Shown: positions 60,527-64,000 of the stretch, one piece after another
How positions within the stretch are numbered: position 1 is the first letter of the stretch
Layout of the letters: every line of letters begins with the position of its first letter
Assembly: GCA_051362555.1 (NCBI GenBank)
Contig: CM120645.1
Location: 1 to 64,000 of the forward strand
Direction of reading: 5' to 3'
DNA: 64,000 nucleotides
DNA from: Lingula anatina
Taxonomy: Eukaryota; Animalia; Brachiopoda
Translations under genes and position numbers: made by a program
Notes under the pieces: generated by a model
Told to the model about the DNA's origin: nothing
Databases searched by the model: none
Seen by the model: the letters and a program-made list of their open reading frames with translations, nothing else

Positions 60527-60925
60527 CTTCACACCTCTGAAACAACAGCAAATACCTCACCTGTATTCCACCTGTAGACATATATATACTAGGACATGGT
60601 ACAAAACTGGCTAGATTTATGGCTCAATAACTTTTGGCATGAAGGGATTTTGGTCTTCATACCTTTTGCAATTATGTTGCTAACAAAATGCAGAACCTGG
60701 TGATATTGGAAGTGCACAGTTGAAATAGTGGTACAAGTAGATGGCAAATTCTGAATTCATGCTACATATGTATGCTTCCTATTTTCTAAATATTTATATT
60801 AACATCCAAGAACTTCATCATTCCCTCTTAGAACGTACATTTGAACCATTATTTTATGCCACCACAACTTGCACCACAATATATACTGGCAAAGTGCGGG
60901 AATCTACTGGTACATTGATGTGTAT

Positions 60926-60958
<33 letters not shown>

Positions 60959-61296
60959 CTGAGGTAGTAGCAAATTGACTTAATTTCTATTCCACATTAA
61001 AAAGCAAACAATCACAATATATAGCGGTACTGCCATTCAATGTCTTCAAACGTTTATGATATAATTTTATTCGGATTGTCATTCTTTCAAAGGGCCACAT
61101 CCCTGCTAAAACACAGCTGAAGCCTTAAGAGAGTAAACAAGCACGTGGTAATAACAGGAAGCGGCCATTTGCAAAGTGCTCCACACGTCCTGATCAGGTC
61201 ACGGGTTTACAGCTAGACAGGCTGGGAGGTCTACAATAGACGGTTCAGCAGCACACAAATGTTGTAGTATGTTTTTCACGCAATCTGTCAACTCAC

Positions 61297-61372
61297 CAAA
61301 ATCTTCCAATTTCCACCTCAGTCGTTTCCTCCTGCACTGCTCGTCTGTCAATGTCAACTGCGCATGCTCATT
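61297..61372 (-). promoter_or_regulatory. Putative CNBP non-coding first exon and promoter
   Basis: Donor-like TTG|gtgagt at 61297/61296, NRF1-like tgcgcatgctca at ~61359-61370 and YY1-like gccattt near 61165. An acceptor at 60537-60539 requires an upstream exon. Confidence 0.45.
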
Positions 61373-62360
61373 ATGAGAGGGGTTTACTTGAGGGGGGGGG
61401 GAGGGGTTGACCTGAGCCTTCCACAGCTAGGTCATTTAAAACGTAATTATGAATTCGATCTGCAATCATGAAGTATTTTCATATTTTATTAAATTTTAAA
61501 ACCAAGCTGCTTCTTTAAATCATTTCATTAACATAAAAGAATGCAATTATTAAAATATTAAATCAAAATTTATTGAATTTCTTTGAAATAGTTGGAAGCT
61601 AAAACATTATATTTTCTGAGGGCCCAGATGGAATAAATCTTTGCAGATTTAACAGTGTCCCAGGGAATGCGGATTTTCCTTTACTTTCTATAATAAATGG
61701 TGCAGTATTTGCTCCTCCATGTGCATACACTTTACGGCATAAATATTTGCACCTGCCTCAGGAGCGGATCCAGAATTTTCTGAAGGGGGGGGGGTCCTGC
61801 TTTTTTAGGGATTGACCGTTCTCGGTTTGTGAGGCCGACCCTCACCCCCTTGGCGTCAGGTTCAGGGCCCGCTCAAAAAAAAAAAAAAAAGTCAAATGAA
61901 TGCTAGCAGGTCATTTATACTGCCAAATAAAGGGAAAGTAAGACTTATAAACTGCAAGAAAGGTAACGGCTAATATTTTACAAAGATCTCCATAATTTCT
62001 TTCTCTCCACCCACACCCATTAACAGTCATTGAACCCGATTTATTTAACTCCCAAATACATTGATGATCAGCAGTAAGGATGCACACAAGAAATGACAAT
62101 GTACAAGTAAAATATATGGAAATGTTTTTATTGTTATAAAAAATCATCAGCACCCCTTCACTGCTACCTCAACTCTACGACATGCTGAACACACGAGTTC
62201 ACACAAGTGCTGCCCCCTACCACCAGCATGCTGTAGGCTTGCTACTTCAGAGATATACCTTCAAAAATATATTTTAACACAGGATTCAATTGAACTTTTC
62301 ACGAAATAGCAGTTTTCTAGTGATCTTCTCCAGCTCACAGCTAATAGGCTGCCTATAAAA

Positions 62361-62473
62361 CAGGTCTACAGTAAACCAAGTGACACCCTGCCCCAAGAGA
62401 CATCTGGTTTAAACTGCTGGCTTCCACGTGTACTTAGTGGGCCTGAAACCACAATCAGTTTACTGTAGACCTG
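62361..62473. mobile_element. Small MITE-like element
   Basis: Perfect 16-bp inverted repeats CAGGTCTACAGTAAAC / GTTTACTGTAGACCTG; no clear TSD. Confidence 0.5.
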
Positions 62474-64000
62474 TAGTAACATTACTGTCACCATGACAAC
62501 TCCAAACTCTTCTGCAACTGATAACTTTTTGATAACAGATACCACACAAACCCTCCTTGCAAATAATACAGCAAAATTTAAAATAGTACTCCACTCTAAC
62601 TCTCATTTTAATAGTACATATCATCTACGTCGCAGGGAGCTACAAAATGTATGGTACAAATTTATCAAAAAAAAAGCTATGCTATTACATAATACAATAT
62701 AGAATCAAAATCACCATCACTTATTTCTACAATTGTGTTTATGTATGGAAAATACACCCACTCCATATACCAGCCACTGATGCCACGGGTCATCATTATA
62801 TTGACAGCACTTTGTAGCCAAATGAGACAAGTTTGAACTTACAGATGAACACAAACTAACCCCTGTTGATGTTTAAATACCTCAAATTGCTGTATCATTG
62901 TTTTGCTTTACAGAGTCTGTGTGGCACCTATCTTTTGAACAAACTTCATTTTTCTAATACTTAAAATACTAGACATGAAAATGTGAAAAATAATAATTTA
63001 TCACTGCTGTCAATTAAGCCTTTAAATTGGACCCCCTTTTACATGAATAGTAGGTCACATTTCACACTGCCAAGACTATGAACAGATTCCTTATCAACAA
63101 TGACTAAAATTCTACAAATTTAGAAAATAAATCCCTGAACATTTCTTTGGTCTCATTCTGAAATTGTTGTAATTTTTGTAAATTGTCAAAATTCCAATAA
63201 CAACCAGACTTCCTTAACAACACAGGGGCCATCCCAAAACAACTGTACAGAAAGACAAGCCTGCACATTGTGTGAACAACAGCTCTGTACAACTTGTCTG
63301 AGGGAAGTCCCTATACTTTTGGAATGACCCCTCTCTTGGATAAAAATGAACAAAGAAAAGCAATAAATAAGTATACAATACGAAAACAATGAAAATTTAC
63401 TACAAAAAGCCCTCAAATCATTTTGACTGCATACAAAAATAGCTTTTATTTCCACTTCATCCCTTATGCTGAACTCTGACCTAGTGTGCTGCCTTGCCAC
63501 CAGGTGGCACTGGTATCACAGAGTTCATCACCCCAACATTTGCACTTTAGATATAACCACCCCAACATAACACTTTGCACTTTTAATTAAGACTAGAACA
63601 GTGCTTTTAAACCCAAATCCATTAAGTATTCCAGGAGTCCTAAACTGTAGAATAGGGTATGCATGTATCTCAACCATCGAGCGTTTTCTGTGGCAACACT
63701 GGCAGAGCAAATAAAGCAACTGGAATTGTATAAGTCAGTACTTCTCTCATAGCAAATGCTGCACAAGCTTAGAAAAAGTTACCCTTTAGTAACCTTATTT
63801 GCTGTAATGGGTAAGCCAACATATAAAACGTATATATTTTAAAATCTGTGCTATTTATGTACATTTTCGGCACTTGGTTGTTACACCCTGGAAATAACAC
63901 CTCTCAGTTTAACAGTTTGAGGCCAGTCCTATTAAACCCTCTTTCATTCAGCAGTTTTTGTATCAAGCCTAGTGATGGTTTGAGGGTTTAAAGGAAAGGA

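Noticed and set aside
60925-60958. Long poly-G run as a regulatory G-quadruplex
   Set aside because: Homopolymer length is unreliable and there is no other support.
62100-64000. Possible further gene at the right edge
   Set aside because: No recognisable coding exon; it may be the 3' UTR of a gene outside the window (AATAAA on - near 62130), which cannot be supported from this sequence.

Overview
This is an animal chromosome end, probably from an invertebrate and plausibly a mollusc (inferred from the repeat families, not proven). About 6.3 kb of (CCCTAA)n telomere is followed by a very short subtelomere of transposon relics and MITEs, then four intact intron-containing genes whose exons were traced by hand through GT-AG junctions in consistent phase. 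They are ARL8 (-, 6 coding exons, 185 aa), cathepsin C/CTSC (+, 8 exons, 470 aa), SPF45/RBM17 (-, 12 coding exons, 417 aa) and a CNBP-like CCHC zinc-knuckle protein (-, 4 coding exons, 236 aa, 9 knuckles). ARL8 and CTSC, both lysosomal, are head-to-head with ATGs 136 bp apart around two MiT/TFE M-box/CLEAR-like motifs. Introns and UTRs are full of locally born minisatellites and nested non-autonomous DNA transposons. The main signal is that seven tandem arrays, in all four genes, are amplified copies of real exon-intron junctions, up to about 96 near-identical 3' splice sites before CTSC exon 4. In the six internal cases only the copy at the exon end gives an open frame and the others lead to a nearby stop codon. 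This suggests an undescribed class of splice-junction minisatellites that may tune splicing or NMD. Everything functional here is inference, since no RNA data are available.
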